A stretch of 64,000 bases of DNA from an uncultured Acidobacteriota bacterium (GCA_963836075.1 CAWIIB010000001.1:2176001-2240000), one strand, 5' to 3'. Counted from the stretch's first letter, positions 1-12,740 are shown. Notes: generated from the letters alone by a model not told the origin. Translations and numbers: made by a program.

Positions 1-1551
<1,551 letters not shown>

Positions 1552-1573
1552 CGTCTCTCTCCTCCGCCCCGCT

Positions 1574-2803
1574 TCAGCTGTGGACGGCGTTAATCGCCTC
1601 GAACAGGGGAAGATACATCGCCAGGAGCATCCCGGCAATCACCAGCCCCATGGTGATCAGCAGGGCCGGCTCGAGCATGGAAATCAGCACGGTGATGGAG
1701 TTGTCCACCTCTTCGTCATAGAAATCCGCGATGTTGCCCAGCATCTCGGTCAGCGCACCGGACGTCTCGCCCACCTTCACCATCTCCACGGTCATCCCGG
1801 TGAACAGCCCGGTCCGTTCCAGGCTGTCGGCCAGGCTCTGGCCTTCGTTGATCTGCTGCACAACCTTGCCAACCTCGCGGGAGAGCAAGCGGTTGCCGAT
1901 GGCCTTGGCCGCCACTTCCAGGGAGAGCAGCAGGGGGATGCCGCCGCCCAGCAGGGTGGACAGGGTCCGGCACATCTGGGAGATGGAATACTTCTGCATC
2001 AGCGGGCCGAGCACCGGTATCCGCATCTTGGCCCGGTCGAGGGCAATGCCGCCGGTGGCTGTCCGCTCGTAGAGCTTGATGCCGATGAAGGCCAGCACCG
2101 CTGCCCCCAGAATGTAGAAAATATTGTCCCGGAAAAAGAAGGCAAACCCCATCAGGACCTGGGTCAGCCACGGCAATTCGGCATCAAAATCGGTATAGAA
2201 AGTCTGGAAGTTGGGGATGACGTAGAGGATCATGATCGAGATCAGCACGACCGAAAGTAACACCAGGATGATCGGGTAGACCATGGCCGAGACCACCTTG
2301 CGCCTGATGTTGAGGATGATTTTCAGGTATTCCACGTAGCGCTTGATAACCCCCACCAGGTCGCCGGACCGCTCACCGGCCATCAGCGAGGCGGTGTAGA
2401 CCCGTGAGAACCCGCCCTGGTTTTCAAAGGCCTCGGAAAGCGAGGTCCCGCTCTCCACCTCGTCGCGGATGTTGGTCAGGATGCGCTTGAAGTGCGGGTC
2501 CTGCATCCGTTCGGACAGGATCCCCAACCCGTGGAGTATGGGCAGACCGGCCTTGACCAGGGCAATGAACTCCTGGTTGAAGATCAGGAAGACGTTGGTC
2601 TTGATCTTCTTGCGGGCATGGCCGATCCGCCCCAGGTCGCCGAGCGAGAAGGAGAACATCCCCTTTTTGCGGACGGAGAACACGAAAAAATCGTTGTCCG
2701 CCATCAGCTGGCGGGCCGCGTTCTCGGTCTCGGCCTGACAGACCTTTTCGATCACCCGGCCTTCGCTGGTGCCCAGTTTGCAGATATATTCGTTCACGGC
2801 CAC
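1574..2803 (-). CDS. GspF/PilC-family inner-membrane platform protein
   Basis: Two T2SSF repeats (LVKAGLPI, AGERSGDL, AMVYP; LLGGGIPLL, VGETSGAL, LEP, AMYLPLF); adjacent to the GspE/PilB ATPase. Confidence 0.93.
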   Translation of the reverse strand: MAVNEYICKLGTSEGRVIEKVCQAETENAARQLMADNDFFVFSVRKKGMFSFSLGDLGRIGHARKKIKTNVFLIFNQEFIALVKAGLPILHGLGILSERMQDPHFKRILTNIRDEVESGTSLSEAFENQGGFSRVYTASLMAGERSGDLVGVIKRYVEYLKIILNIRRKVVSAMVYPIILVLLSVVLISIMILYVIPNFQTFYTDFDAELPWLTQVLMGFAFFFRDNIFYILGAAVLAFIGIKLYERTATGGIALDRAKMRIPVLGPLMQKYSISQMCRTLSTLLGGGIPLLLSLEVAAKAIGNRLLSREVGKVVQQINEGQSLADSLERTGLFTGMTVEMVKVGETSGALTEMLGNIADFYDEEVDNSITVLISMLEPALLITMGLVIAGMLLAMYLPLFEAINAVHS

Positions 2804-3663
2804 TCCCGGACCGGCAGGTCACCGGTATCCCGCACAGGCCCCTGACGGGGCGCCGGATCGTCCCTCAAAGTAGCCCGGATGGCCAGGGTGTAATATTCCT
2901 GGCAGCCGGGCTTTCTCATGGTCAACAGGTGCCGGACACCGTTCCCCAGCTTGAGGTCGGTACTGAGGATGGCCGTCCCCTGCTGCCCTGTGGAATCGGC
3001 ACTCCCGCCGCGGCTTCTCGCGAAAACCAGACGGTTTATTTCAATAAGTTCTTTTGTCCGATCAAAATAGCCCACCTGAAACTCTATATTATAGCCCCGG
3101 CCAAGGGGGAATTCAATAAACTGCCCCTCCCGGACCACCAGCGACTTCCGGCCCACCTCCGCATCGCGATTGACCTGTTTCTTCAAGGCTATCCGCTGGT
3201 TGAGGGTGGAGAGTTTGGTGTTGTCGTGGCGGTCGTCGGCTGTGGGTTTCGGGGCCGGCTCCTGGCCGCCGATATAGTTCATCAGGCTCACGTCGAGGGT
3301 GAAATTTCGCGGCACGGAATCGAACCGCTCCAGCAGGGCCTGAATGGCATCCAGACGCTCCGCCGAGTCGCAGAGTTCGATCATTGACTGTCCCGGTTCG
3401 ATACGATACCAACCCTGCCGGCTGAACATGTCGTGGATTCTGGCCGCCACCAGGGCCATCTTCTTGTACTCTATCCGCAGTTGCACTTTCTCCATGCCGA
3501 AGAACGGCTCGCGGGGCGAGATCACCTCGGCGCCGCGGACCGGCAGGGCCAGCAGTGCAAAAAGGACCAGGGCCGCGGCGACACGCCACTGGCCGGGTCC
3601 GGATCGGACTGGTTTGATGTTATTCTTCACCGTTTTTCCATCGCCTCCCCGGCCGCGGACCAC
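2794..3663 (-). CDS. Secreted protein with a possible secretin N-domain (NolW-like) segment; true start may be GTG 3630
   Basis: Signal-like stretch VAAALVLFALLALPVRG; segment SMIELCDSAERLDAIQALLERFDSVPRNFTLDVSL resembles a secretin N repeat; overlaps both neighbours. Confidence 0.5.
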   Translation of the reverse strand: MVRGRGGDGKTVKNNIKPVRSGPGQWRVAAALVLFALLALPVRGAEVISPREPFFGMEKVQLRIEYKKMALVAARIHDMFSRQGWYRIEPGQSMIELCDSAERLDAIQALLERFDSVPRNFTLDVSLMNYIGGQEPAPKPTADDRHDNTKLSTLNQRIALKKQVNRDAEVGRKSLVVREGQFIEFPLGRGYNIEFQVGYFDRTKELIEINRLVFARSRGGSADSTGQQGTAILSTDLKLGNGVRHLLTMRKPGCQEYYTLAIRATLRDDPAPRQGPVRDTGDLPVREWP

Positions 3664-4427
3664 TATTCTTCGGGATCCCGCACCGCTTCACAACCAAAGG
3701 GAAACTCTTCGGACTCGAAGGAGACCACCCGCACCTCCTCCCCTTTCCCTCCACCAGCATCCTCGGCAATGACCAGGCTGTACTCGATAATCGATTCCAT
3801 TTGCTCGGCCCGCTGAAGGTCGGAAACCGTGGCCGGCACCACCTCACCCCAGGAGCGGAAGTGGTTGACCTCACCGGAACTCCGCTCGTCGACCCGGGTC
3901 AACCGCAGCGCCCGGACCTCCCCGCTCCGCTCGATGATCCGCGCCGGAAGCGCTTCGGCGATCTGATCGAAATACATCCCCTCCATCAGTCCCTCGGCGT
4001 CGTCCTCCAGCGCTGGGGGAACCACCGTCTCCAGTTGGGCCTGCTGGTCAGGGGGTGCGTCCTGAGGGCCAGCCCCCTGCTGGACAAGGAAGAAGCCCAC
4101 CAGCACCGTGGCCGCCACGGCACTGGCCACCGCGACCCATGGTGCGGGGACCGGCCAGGGGATCAGCCGTCCGGTCCGGCGGCGGGGCTGCTGCTCGATC
4201 TTGCCGGCGATCCCCTCCCAGAATCCCTCCCAGCGTTCCTCGCCTTCCATCTCGCGTGCAGCCAGCGGGACGAACATCTTCAACGGGTCAACAGCCTCGG
4301 CCCGCTGCCGGCAGTCCGGACAGTCCGCCAGGTGGGCGATCATCGACCGGAGTTCAGACCCCTCCAGTTCGTCCCCCAGGTAGGCGTCCAACCGCTGTTT
4401 CACCTCTGTACAGTTCATCTGCCTCAT
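3663..4427 (-). CDS. Zinc-finger (zf-HC2/ZAS) transmembrane anti-sigma factor
   Basis: MNC...LDAYLGDEL...HLADCPDC motif, one TM helix, directly downstream of an ECF sigma. Confidence 0.88.
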   Translation of the reverse strand: MRQMNCTEVKQRLDAYLGDELEGSELRSMIAHLADCPDCRQRAEAVDPLKMFVPLAAREMEGEERWEGFWEGIAGKIEQQPRRRTGRLIPWPVPAPWVAVASAVAATVLVGFFLVQQGAGPQDAPPDQQAQLETVVPPALEDDAEGLMEGMYFDQIAEALPARIIERSGEVRALRLTRVDERSSGEVNHFRSWGEVVPATVSDLQRAEQMESIIEYSLVIAEDAGGGKGEEVRVVSFESEEFPFGCEAVRDPEE

Positions 4428-4436
4428 CTCAACGCC

Positions 4437-5051
4437 TCACCGCGTACTGCCTTCCCCGCCCGCCGGACCCGGCTCCCGGGGCAGGTATTCGGGGAAGTGG
4501 CGTTTCAATTTCTCCCTGAGCACCGTCCTCGCCTGGAACATGTGGTTGCGCACGGTCGATTCCCGGCAGCCCACGATTCCCGCGATCTCCTTCATGCTCA
4601 GCCCCTGGAATTCACGAAGAACAAAAATGCTCCGCTGCCGCTCGGTCAGGTAGCGGGCCAGCGTGTTGAATACCCGTTGCGTCTCTCCGGTCTGCAGCGC
4701 CTGGTCCTGGTCCGGCAGGACCGACGGCCTCGCGTCGGCCCGCGTCCCCGGCTGGGTCTCGTCGAACTCGTCGGTGATCGACTGTTTCCGGCCCTGCCGG
4801 CGGAGGAAATCGATGGCCAGCCGGACGGTGATGGTGTGCACCCAGGTGTTGAACGCATATTTCTCATCATACTTGTCCAGGGACCGCCAGATCCGGAGGA
4901 AGACATTCTGGGAAATATCCCGGGCATCCTCCTCCCGGCCCACAACCTGGTAGGCGACCCAGAAGACCTTGTCCCGCTTGAGACGGACCAGTTCCTCGAA
5001 GGCGTCCTGGTCACCAGCCCGGGCCAGTCGAATGACCTGCAGTTCGTCCAT
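4437..5051 (-). CDS. ECF RNA polymerase sigma factor
   Basis: GDQDAFEELV, EDARDISQNVFLRIW (region 2), GLSMKEIAGIVGCRESTVRNHMFQAR (region 4). Confidence 0.93.
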   Translation of the reverse strand: MDELQVIRLARAGDQDAFEELVRLKRDKVFWVAYQVVGREEDARDISQNVFLRIWRSLDKYDEKYAFNTWVHTITVRLAIDFLRRQGRKQSITDEFDETQPGTRADARPSVLPDQDQALQTGETQRVFNTLARYLTERQRSIFVLREFQGLSMKEIAGIVGCRESTVRNHMFQARTVLREKLKRHFPEYLPREPGPAGGEGSTR

Positions 5052-5126
5052 CTATCCCGCGGGTGATGACCTGGCCACCATCCCTTCCCTCTCAAACAGT
5101 GAATACGGTCATTGTGAGCGTTCCGT

Positions 5127-5630
5127 CTACCTTGGAGACCGTTCCGTCCCGCTGCCGGAGATTGGCCCTCGACGACGAAAACGGGTGATCAGCCGGAGCG
5201 CCGCCGGATAGGATACCACCGCGGCCAGGGCGCCGGTGATGGTGGTGCCCAGAACCAGCCGTGGAAACCATCCGGACAGGTGCCGGGCCGAAGCCCGCCA
5301 GAATTCCAGCGAGGCGGCCTGGTCCCAGCCCGGGTTCGGAAACGGTTCGCTGCCCGCACCGAGAATCAGGGTACCCAGAGCGAAGCTCGGCGGGTAGATG
5401 ATGACCAGGGTCCAGGGATTGTTGACCAGCGTCCCCAGCAGCGTGGCCGCCCTGCTCAGGCGGCAGGCAAAGGCCAGCGCCAGCGCCAGCACCCAGTGCG
5501 CCCCCAGGAAGGGCGAGAACGCGATAAAGACACCGAGGGCAAAGGCCAGTGCCGTCCGCCGGGGCGTGTCGTCCACCAGGGCCACTTTCCTCACCAAGGA
5601 GAGGAGGGCCCGCCTGGCGCTGCTGGTCAT
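5127..5630 (-). CDS. DUF2062-family membrane protein
   Basis: DTPRRTALAFALGVFIAFSP...NNPWT pattern typical of DUF2062. Confidence 0.8.
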   Translation of the reverse strand: MTSSARRALLSLVRKVALVDDTPRRTALAFALGVFIAFSPFLGAHWVLALALAFACRLSRAATLLGTLVNNPWTLVIIYPPSFALGTLILGAGSEPFPNPGWDQAASLEFWRASARHLSGWFPRLVLGTTITGALAAVVSYPAALRLITRFRRRGPISGSGTERSPR

Positions 5631-5639
5631 CGATATGGC

Positions 5640-8102
5640 TCAGCTCCGTGAACCGGATCGGCCTTTGGCTACCCTGGCGGCGCTCTTCTTGCCGGCACCG
5701 CCCTTTTTCTTCTTCCCCGCGGCCTTGGCCTGTTTTTTCTCCACCAGCACCCGGGCCAGGACCTCATCCATGGTGGAGACATAGGTGAACCGCAACTCCT
5801 TGAGCAGCTTCCGCGGGATCTCTTTGATCTCGTTCTTGATCGTGGCCGGGACCACCACATCGGTGATCTTGGCCCGGCGGGCGGCCAGCACCTTCTCCTT
5901 GATCCCCCCCACCGGCAGCACGTTGCCGCGCAGGGTGATCTCACCGGTCATGGCCAGCGAGCGGTGCACCGGCCGGCCGCTCAGCGCCGAGACCAGCGAG
6001 GTGGCCAGGGTGATGCCGGCGGAAGGCCCGTCCTTGGGGATCGCGCCCTCGGGGACGTGGATGTGGATGTCGGTCTCGTTGAACCGCTTGGCCGGAATGC
6101 CGAAATCACCGGCCCGGCTGCGGATATAACTCAGTGCCGCATGGGCCGACTCCTTCATCACGTCGCCCAGCTGGCCGGTGAGAATCAGCTGCCCCTTGCC
6201 CGGCATCAGCGTGGTCTCGATGAACAGGATGTCCCCGCCGGCAGCGGTCCAGGCCAGCCCGGTGGCCACACCCACCTGGTCCTTGGCCAGCAGCTCCTCC
6301 TTGAGAATCCGTTTGTGGCCCAGGTATTTGCGCACGCTGCCGCCGGTGACCCGAACGGCGGTCTTCTTGCCCTCGGCCACCTGGCGGGCCACTTTGCGCA
6401 GGATGGCGGCCAGCTCCCGTTCCAGGTTGCGCAGCCCGGCCTCCCGGGTGTAGCCGCGGACGGTCTCCAGGATCGACCCGTCGGTGATGGTGACCTTGCG
6501 GTTGGAGAGCCCGTGGGCCTTGAGCTGCTTGGGGACCAGGTGCCGGCGGGCGATCTCCAGCTTCTCCTCCTCCATGTACCCGGGCAGGTGGATCACCTCC
6601 ATCCGGTCGAGGAAGGCCGGCTGGATGGTGTCCAGCACGTTGGCCGTGGTGATGAACATCACGTTGGACAGGTCGTAGGGCACCGAGAGGTAGTGGTCGC
6701 GGAAGGCGAAGTTCTGCTCCGGGTCGAGCACCTCCAGCAGTGCCGAAGAGGGGTCGCCGCGGTAGTCCGCCCCCACCTTGTCCACCTCGTCGAGCATGAA
6801 CACCGGGTTGGAGGAACCGGCGCTGTGGATGCCCTGGATGATCCGTCCCGGCAACGCCCCGACATAGGTCCGGCGGTGCCCGCGGATCTCGGCCTCGTCA
6901 CGCACCCCGCCCAGGGAGAGGCGGACGAACTTGCGGCCCAGCGCCCGGGCGATGGAGCGGCCCAGCGAGGTCTTGCCCACGCCGGGAGGCCCGACAAAGC
7001 AGAGGATCGGCCCCTTCATCTTCTTCTTCAGCTTGCGCACCGCCAGATACTCGATGATCCGTTCCTTGACCTTGTCCAGCCCGTAGTGGTCCTCGTCGAG
7101 AATCTGCTGCGCCTTCTTCAGCTTCAGATTGTCCCGGGTCTGCTTGGCCCAGGGGAGTTCCACCATCCAGTCGAGGTAGTTGCGCAGGGTGGCCGTCTCG
7201 GCCGAGTCGGGGTGCATCCGCTCCAGCTTGCGGATCTGCTTCTCCACCTCTTCCAGCGTCTCGGCGGGCATCCCCACCTCGATGGCCTTGCGCCGCAGGC
7301 TCTCGATCTCCTCGGCCGCTTCGTTGCCTTCGCCCAGCTCGGCCTGGATGGCCTTCAACTGCTGGCGCAGGAAGTACTCGCGCTGGGAACGGTCGATCTC
7401 CCCCCGGGCCTGGGTGTTGATCTCCTGCTGCATGGCCAGCACCTTCAGCTCCTTGCCCAGCAGGTTGTTGACGCTGTGCAGGCGCTCCACCGGATCGACG
7501 ATTTCGAGGATCTGCTGCCCCTCGGAAATCCTCAGCTCCAGATTGGAGGCCGCCAGGTCGGAGAGCCGGCCCAGATCGTTGAGGTTGGAGGCGATGACCA
7601 TCACTTCGGGGGAGATGGCCTTGCCCAGGGAGATGGCCTTTTCCAGCGAGGACTTCACGTTGCGCATCAGCGCTTCCATCTCCAGGGTCACACCCTCGAT
7701 CACCGGCTCGGGGACCTGCTCCACATGGGCCTGGAAGAAGGGCTCGGTCTGGATGAAGCGCTTGACCCTCACCCGGCTCAGGCCCTGGACCAGCACCCGG
7801 ATCCGCCCGTCGGGGAGTTTGAGCATCCGCATGATCACCGCCGCCGTGCCGAAGATATAGAGGTCATCGGGGTCGGGGGTTTCGATCTCCTGCTGCTTCT
7901 GGGAGAGGAGCAGGATCAGCCGGTTCTCGGTCAGGGCCGCGTCCACGGCCTGGATCGACTTGTCCCGGCTCACCGACAGCGGGACGATGATGTAGGGATA
8001 GATGACGATGTCGCGGAGCGGCAGCACCGGCAGAACGTCCGGGATGCGTATGGTCTCCTCCTCGTTATCGTCGAATTGCTGATCAACCGGGTCCGATTTC
8101 AT
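5640..8102 (-). CDS. lon: Lon ATP-dependent protease
   Basis: LPVLPLRD N-domain, Walker [18 protein letters not shown] catalytic Ser, GGIKEK catalytic Lys. Start placed at ATG 8102 (track start 8126). Confidence 0.98.
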   Translation of the reverse strand: MKSDPVDQQFDDNEEETIRIPDVLPVLPLRDIVIYPYIIVPLSVSRDKSIQAVDAALTENRLILLLSQKQQEIETPDPDDLYIFGTAAVIMRMLKLPDGRIRVLVQGLSRVRVKRFIQTEPFFQAHVEQVPEPVIEGVTLEMEALMRNVKSSLEKAISLGKAISPEVMVIASNLNDLGRLSDLAASNLELRISEGQQILEIVDPVERLHSVNNLLGKELKVLAMQQEINTQARGEIDRSQREYFLRQQLKAIQAELGEGNEAAEEIESLRRKAIEVGMPAETLEEVEKQIRKLERMHPDSAETATLRNYLDWMVELPWAKQTRDNLKLKKAQQILDEDHYGLDKVKERIIEYLAVRKLKKKMKGPILCFVGPPGVGKTSLGRSIARALGRKFVRLSLGGVRDEAEIRGHRRTYVGALPGRIIQGIHSAGSSNPVFMLDEVDKVGADYRGDPSSALLEVLDPEQNFAFRDHYLSVPYDLSNVMFITTANVLDTIQPAFLDRMEVIHLPGYMEEEKLEIARRHLVPKQLKAHGLSNRKVTITDGSILETVRGYTREAGLRNLERELAAILRKVARQVAEGKKTAVRVTGGSVRKYLGHKRILKEELLAKDQVGVATGLAWTAAGGDILFIETTLMPGKGQLILTGQLGDVMKESAHAALSYIRSRAGDFGIPAKRFNETDIHIHVPEGAIPKDGPSAGITLATSLVSALSGRPVHRSLAMTGEITLRGNVLPVGGIKEKVLAARRAKITDVVVPATIKNEIKEIPRKLLKELRFTYVSTMDEVLARVLVEKKQAKAAGKKKKGGAGKKSAARVAKGRSGSRS

Positions 8103-8148
8103 TGCTCGTCTCCCTTTATCTCCCAATCCCGTGTCATTCCGGGGGTTG

Positions 8149-8607
8149 TCATTTCCGTTGTTTGAGCAGATCTTTCAGTTCATCGACAAACTCGTTCACG
8201 TCCTCGAACCGGCGGTAGACCGAGGCGAATCTCACGTAGGCCACCTTGTCCAGATCCCGGAGCGATTCCATCACGTGACGGCCCACCTCCTCGGTGGCGA
8301 TCTCCCGGTCGGGGTTGTCCTGCAGCATGGTCTCGATCTCGTCGATGATCCCCTCCAGGGCCTTGAGCTGGATCGGCCGCTTCTCGCAGGCTTTTCTCAC
8401 CCCGGAGAGGAGTTTGTGCCGGTCAAAGGGCTCCCGGGTCCCGTCACGCTTGACCACCATCAGGGTGATCTCCTCGATCCGTTCGTACGAGGTAAAGCGC
8501 CGGCCGCACTGCAGGCATTCGCGCCGCCGCCGGATCACCGTCCCCTCCTTCGCCTCGCGGGAATCCACCACCCGGTCTTCGCCAAAATTGCAGAACGGAC
8601 ATTTCAT
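8149..8607 (-). CDS. nrdR: Transcriptional repressor NrdR
   Basis: MKCPFC...VVDSR...[10 protein letters not shown]...RFTSYE, ATP cone, [10 protein letters not shown]. Confidence 0.98.
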   Translation of the reverse strand: MKCPFCNFGEDRVVDSREAKEGTVIRRRRECLQCGRRFTSYERIEEITLMVVKRDGTREPFDRHKLLSGVRKACEKRPIQLKALEGIIDEIETMLQDNPDREIATEEVGRHVMESLRDLDKVAYVRFASVYRRFEDVNEFVDELKDLLKQRK

Positions 8608-8627
8608 CGGTTCTCCTCCAGCGGCAT

Positions 8628-9686
8628 TCAGGGGGGACCCTGAGCGTCTCTCGCAACGGCGGGGGCGCCCGAGTGGTCACCGGCGATGCTCTTCATCGCT
8701 CCCAGTGACAACCCCTCCTTCCAGGCATATCCGGCGCCCACCAGGGTCACCGGCAGGAAGGCCATGACGTGACTGACCAGTATGGCCGCCACGGCCGTGC
8801 TCTCATCGATTGAAAAAATGTAGACCAGGCACGCCTTGAAGGCCATGTGGTATCCGCCCACGCCACCCGGCGTGGGCAGGGAAACACCCACCGCCACCAT
8901 GATCACCACGGCAAAAGTGCTGGTGAAGGGCAACACGATCCCGAACCCCAGCAGGGTGAGCCAGATGCTGAGAGTGATCATCAGCCAGCAGAAAAGGGAC
9001 CAGAACCCCACGGGCAGCAGCAGGGCCGGCCGGGAGAGAACGGTGAAGCCCTCCACAAAGGAAGCCACGATCCCGGCGAGCTTGTTGCGCCAGCGCTCGC
9101 CGAGGAAGAAGAAGACGGCTGCGGTCCACCTCGGCGCCAGGTGAGGTTTGAGGATCAGTAGGAACATCACCGCCAGCATGACGAAGATCACCGGCGCTCC
9201 GTAGACCGAGCCGGCTTTGACCATGGCGATGAATTCGCCGCCTTGCGCCGAAACATTCTCGGGGAAGCGGAAGAAGATCAGGAAGAAGGCGAAGAGCACC
9301 AGGATGGTCAGCGCGTCGAGAATCCGTTCCACCACCACCGTGGCGAAGACCGCGCTGGTCTTCATCCCCTCCCGCCGGGCCAGGACCCAGGCCCTGATGA
9401 ATTCGCCCACCCGGCCGGGGAGCAGGGAGATGGTCATGAAGCCGATACAGATCGCGGCAAAGAGCGTGTGGACCCCCACCAGCCGGAGCGGCCGCAGGAG
9501 GTATCTCCAGCGCACGGCCCGGACAAGGAAGGTGGACATGTTGGCCAGGGCGCCCAAAAGAATCAGCCACGGATTGGCGCTCTTCAGGGCCTGAACAATC
9601 TCCGGCCAGCGGATACCGCGGAGAAAGAGGGCCAAAAGGAGCAGCCCGACAAGGATTCCCAAGGCAAACTTCGCCTTTTCTTTCAT
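8628..9686 (-). CDS. Lysylphosphatidylglycerol synthase TM / UPF0104 flippase-like membrane protein
   Basis: [22 protein letters not shown] and PTPGGVG motifs; polytopic. Confidence 0.88.
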   Translation of the reverse strand: MKEKAKFALGILVGLLLLALFLRGIRWPEIVQALKSANPWLILLGALANMSTFLVRAVRWRYLLRPLRLVGVHTLFAAICIGFMTISLLPGRVGEFIRAWVLARREGMKTSAVFATVVVERILDALTILVLFAFFLIFFRFPENVSAQGGEFIAMVKAGSVYGAPVIFVMLAVMFLLILKPHLAPRWTAAVFFFLGERWRNKLAGIVASFVEGFTVLSRPALLLPVGFWSLFCWLMITLSIWLTLLGFGIVLPFTSTFAVVIMVAVGVSLPTPGGVGGYHMAFKACLVYIFSIDESTAVAAILVSHVMAFLPVTLVGAGYAWKEGLSLGAMKSIAGDHSGAPAVARDAQGPP

Positions 9687-9901
9687 AAAACCACACCATA
9701 ATCTGAATAATTAGAGCAATCGACCCATTTTCCCATTGCTGATCGACCCCAAACTTACTCAAGATGAGGGGTAATCGTCAAGTTTATCCGGAAAGTCCGC
9801 TGAAATATTCTTCTGATCGGGGACTGTTTCCCCACTCCCCCCCCCCGTGAACTGTCATTCTTGCTTTTCACCCACCGTTCTGAAAAAATGGGCCGGTTCG
9901 C

Positions 9902-9927
9902 GAACTTTTACGGTTTGAGTAACGTCA
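9902..9927 (+). promoter_or_regulatory. Putative ECF (sigmaE-like) autoregulatory promoter GAACTT-N16-GTCA
   Basis: GAACTT at 9902-9907, 16-nt spacer, GTCA at 9924-9927, immediately before the ECF gene. Confidence 0.55.
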
Positions 9928-9933
9928 GTCACG

Positions 9934-10527
9934 GTGCAGGCGATGAGCAATCGGTCCAAACTGTTGTCCGGCAAGGACGATGCCCAATTGGTGGCCAGTT
10001 GCCTCGTCAGCCAGGAGGGCGCGTGGGACGAACTGTATGCCCGCTACCGCAGGAAGGTGTTCAACATCGCCTTCCAGTTCGTGGGCAAGTTCGACGAGGC
10101 CGAGGATCTGACCCAGGAAATCTTCATCAAGGTCTTCCGGGCTCTGGATCGATTCGACGCGGAAGGGAATTTTCAGCAATGGTTGATCCGCATCAGCAAA
10201 AACCACTCCATCGATCACTACCGCCGACGGCGGAAGGACCGGGAGCTGTTGCTGGAGGGCAGCCTGCAGCTGGAGATGACGCCTTCGAAGACACGAAACC
10301 CGTATCGGTCCCTGGAGCTCAACGAACGGGCCGAGATGTTCAAAAAGGCGCTGACCCATTTACCGGCCATACTGAAAACCTGCCTTACCATGCGCGAGCT
10401 GGAAGGCCTCAGTTACCAGGAGATCGCCGCCCGTCTTGACGTGCCGGAAGGCACGGTCAAATCACGAATAAATCGTGCGCGGAGTGAAATGAACCGCCTG
10501 GTGGGAAAGATGAGGCGGGGCGGTTGA
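9934..10527 (+). CDS. ECF RNA polymerase sigma factor (RpoE/SigW-like)
   Basis: EAEDLTQEIFIKVF, GLSYQEIAARLDVPEGTVKSRINRAR; start is GTG 9934 or ATG 9943. Confidence 0.94.
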   Translation: MQAMSNRSKLLSGKDDAQLVASCLVSQEGAWDELYARYRRKVFNIAFQFVGKFDEAEDLTQEIFIKVFRALDRFDAEGNFQQWLIRISKNHSIDHYRRRRKDRELLLEGSLQLEMTPSKTRNPYRSLELNERAEMFKKALTHLPAILKTCLTMRELEGLSYQEIAARLDVPEGTVKSRINRARSEMNRLVGKMRRGG

Positions 10528-10546
10528 AACAGGAAAGATACAGACC

Positions 10547-12172
10547 ATGGGAAACAAATCCGACAGCAGGGTGGAATCACTGGTCCTCGGGTTTATCCTC
10601 ATCCTGCTCGGCTCGCTCTTTCTGCTGCACAACTTCACTCCGGTAAACGTCTTCCCGCACATCTGGAAACTCTGGCCCCTGGTGCTGATCATCCTCGGCG
10701 GTTCCCACCTGGTCCGCTGGCTCAACCGTACCGGCAGGCTGAACATCGGCGGCCGGTCATCGGCACCGGCCCAGGCGCAACCCCGCAGGCACCGGGGCAA
10801 GGAACTGGTGCTGGTGGTGGTGGTCATCCTTGTCGGACTGCTGATCAGCAGCCAGGGCGGTCGCGATGACTCCCCGTTCCCCGCATTCTCCAGTTCCCGT
10901 GCCGGCCACACCGCCGACAAGCTCCTCGAACAGCCGCTGGATCTCGAAGATGGCGAGCTGCTCAAGCTGACCAACGAATTCGGGTCGGTTACCGTGCATG
11001 CGGACGACCGCGAACCGCGGCTGGAGTGCCGCCTGACCCTCACCGCCGACTCGCTCGATTCAGCCGAGGCCCGTCTGGAGGAAACCGCGCTGACCATGAC
11101 CCGGGGTGAGGGAACCCTGGATATCAGGTGCCGGCCGCCGCAGAACGTGCAGGAAGGCATTGAACTGGAGGCGGACATGGAGCTGCGGGTGCCCCCCGGC
11201 ACCGCCCTGCTGCTGGACAGCCGCAATGGCGACGTGCTGGTCATCGGGCTTCAGGGCGACGTCCGGATCCAGGCCGCGGACAAAGATGTCACCGTGCGGG
11301 AGAGCGGGGGCCTGGTTTCCGTGACCACCGGCGGGGGCGACATCCACCTGGAGGAGATCGCCGGCCCGGTGGCCGCCGTCAGCCGCAGCGGCGACATCGA
11401 GGCGCTGGAGTGCCGCAGCGACCTGGTGGTGAAGAGCGCCGGCGGAACAGTCACCGGCAGTTCCGTCGAGGGCCGGATATTCATCGAACTGCATGACGGC
11501 AAACTGGTGCTCAGCGAGACCCGGGGCCCGGTGGAACTGGTCATCGAGGAGGCCAAGGCGAAGATCGGGGAGGTCTCCGGCCCGCTCAGCGTCAGGGGAC
11601 AGGACTGCGGGCTCTCACTGACCAACTGCTACAGCACGGTGTCGCTGGAGGGTGACCTGCTCAACGTGGAAACGGTGAACATCCGTCGGGACCTGACCAT
11701 CCACTGCACCAACTCCACCATCAACCTGAACAACACCCTGGGTGACCTGGAAGCAAGGCTGGAGTACGGTTCGCTCACCAGCAGCGGCAAGCTCTACCGC
11801 AGCCGGATCGAGGGCAGCTTCACTCCGATCATCATCGGCAGCTGTGAAGGCCTGCTGGAGATCCAGTCCCGGCAGGGGGATGTCACCCTCCACCAGCCGG
11901 GCGCCAGCAGCGAGAGCCGGGTGTCGGTCACCGCCTCCGGCGGCAACATCCTTCTCCAGCTGGACCCCGAGCAGTGCGAGTACAACCTGATCATGACCGC
12001 CATTTCCGGCACGATCACCTCGATGATCACCGGGCTGGAGATCACCACCCTCGATCCTCCCCGCAGTGACGGCGAGGAGACCATCCGCGGCGTGGCGCGC
12101 TGCGGCTCGGGGGAGCAGCTGATCGAACTGCGGACCGAATACGCCGACATCCGGCTGGAACCCGTCCGCTGA
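10547..12172 (+). CDS. Membrane protein with LiaF/DUF5668-like N-terminal helices and a long DUF4097 (adhesin-like) beta-repeat
   Basis: GFILILLGSLFLL...WKLWPLVLIILG, then repeated xxSxxGDIxx beta units (SRNGDV, TGGGDI, SRSGDI, SRQGDV, ASGGNI, TEYADI). Confidence 0.8.
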   Translation: MGNKSDSRVESLVLGFILILLGSLFLLHNFTPVNVFPHIWKLWPLVLIILGGSHLVRWLNRTGRLNIGGRSSAPAQAQPRRHRGKELVLVVVVILVGLLISSQGGRDDSPFPAFSSSRAGHTADKLLEQPLDLEDGELLKLTNEFGSVTVHADDREPRLECRLTLTADSLDSAEARLEETALTMTRGEGTLDIRCRPPQNVQEGIELEADMELRVPPGTALLLDSRNGDVLVIGLQGDVRIQAADKDVTVRESGGLVSVTTGGGDIHLEEIAGPVAAVSRSGDIEALECRSDLVVKSAGGTVTGSSVEGRIFIELHDGKLVLSETRGPVELVIEEAKAKIGEVSGPLSVRGQDCGLSLTNCYSTVSLEGDLLNVETVNIRRDLTIHCTNSTINLNNTLGDLEARLEYGSLTSSGKLYRSRIEGSFTPIIIGSCEGLLEIQSRQGDVTLHQPGASSESRVSVTASGGNILLQLDPEQCEYNLIMTAISGTITSMITGLEITTLDPPRSDGEETIRGVARCGSGEQLIELRTEYADIRLEPVR

Positions 12173-12188
12173 GCATGGTGCCCATCCT

Positions 12189-12217
12189 TGGACAGACCGG
12201 AGAATATGTAATAAAAT
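12189..12217 (+). promoter_or_regulatory. Putative sigma70 promoter TGGACA-N17-TAAAAT
   Basis: Near-consensus boxes with 17-nt spacing, upstream of the DUF4870 gene. Confidence 0.6.
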
Positions 12218-12268
12218 CACTTACGTTTCAACCGAAAGCCAACCTTGCCAAACAGAGGAGGATTTCCG

Positions 12269-12706
12269 ATGACTGAAGAAAGCACCAACAGTGCCGAGAC
12301 TGCCCCCCCCGTCGGTGGTGGCGAGACCGCCCCTCCCGCTGGTGGCGGCGCTGACCCGAACAATCCGTACGGCTACCCCATGGAGGATGTGGAGGAAGGT
12401 AAGCTGTTCGCCATCCTCAGCTACATCATCCCCATCGTGTTCATCGTTCCCCTGATCCAGAAGGACAACCACTTCTCGCTGTTCCATGCCAAGCAGGTTC
12501 TGCTGCTGGTGCTCGCTTGCGTGGCCGTCTCGATCCTGACCGCGGTGCCGGTGGTGGGCTGCATCACCGTGTTTCTGTTCCTGCCCATCCTGGTCTTCGT
12601 GATCATCGGGTTGGTCTATGCCATCCAGGGTCAGTACAAACCGCTGCCCCTCATCGGCCAGTATGCCGAAGAGTGGTTCAACAGCGTGAAGGTGGAACAG
12701 AAGTAA
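12269..12706 (+). CDS. DUF4870-family membrane protein
   Basis: KLFAILSY...FHAKQ...GLVYAIQGQYKPLPLIG; ATG 12269 follows a GGAGG RBS. Confidence 0.8.
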   Translation: MTEESTNSAETAPPVGGGETAPPAGGGADPNNPYGYPMEDVEEGKLFAILSYIIPIVFIVPLIQKDNHFSLFHAKQVLLLVLACVAVSILTAVPVVGCITVFLFLPILVFVIIGLVYAIQGQYKPLPLIGQYAEEWFNSVKVEQK

Positions 12707-12740
12707 ACGGAACCGGGAAGTCCGGCGATGGCGGACCTTC

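Noticed and set aside
5964-8165. Long antisense ORFs (5964-8165, 12678-14687, 32837-34249, 39512-41506 and similar)
   Set aside because: These are shadows of real genes on the opposite strand, expected in high-GC DNA, and carry no protein motifs.
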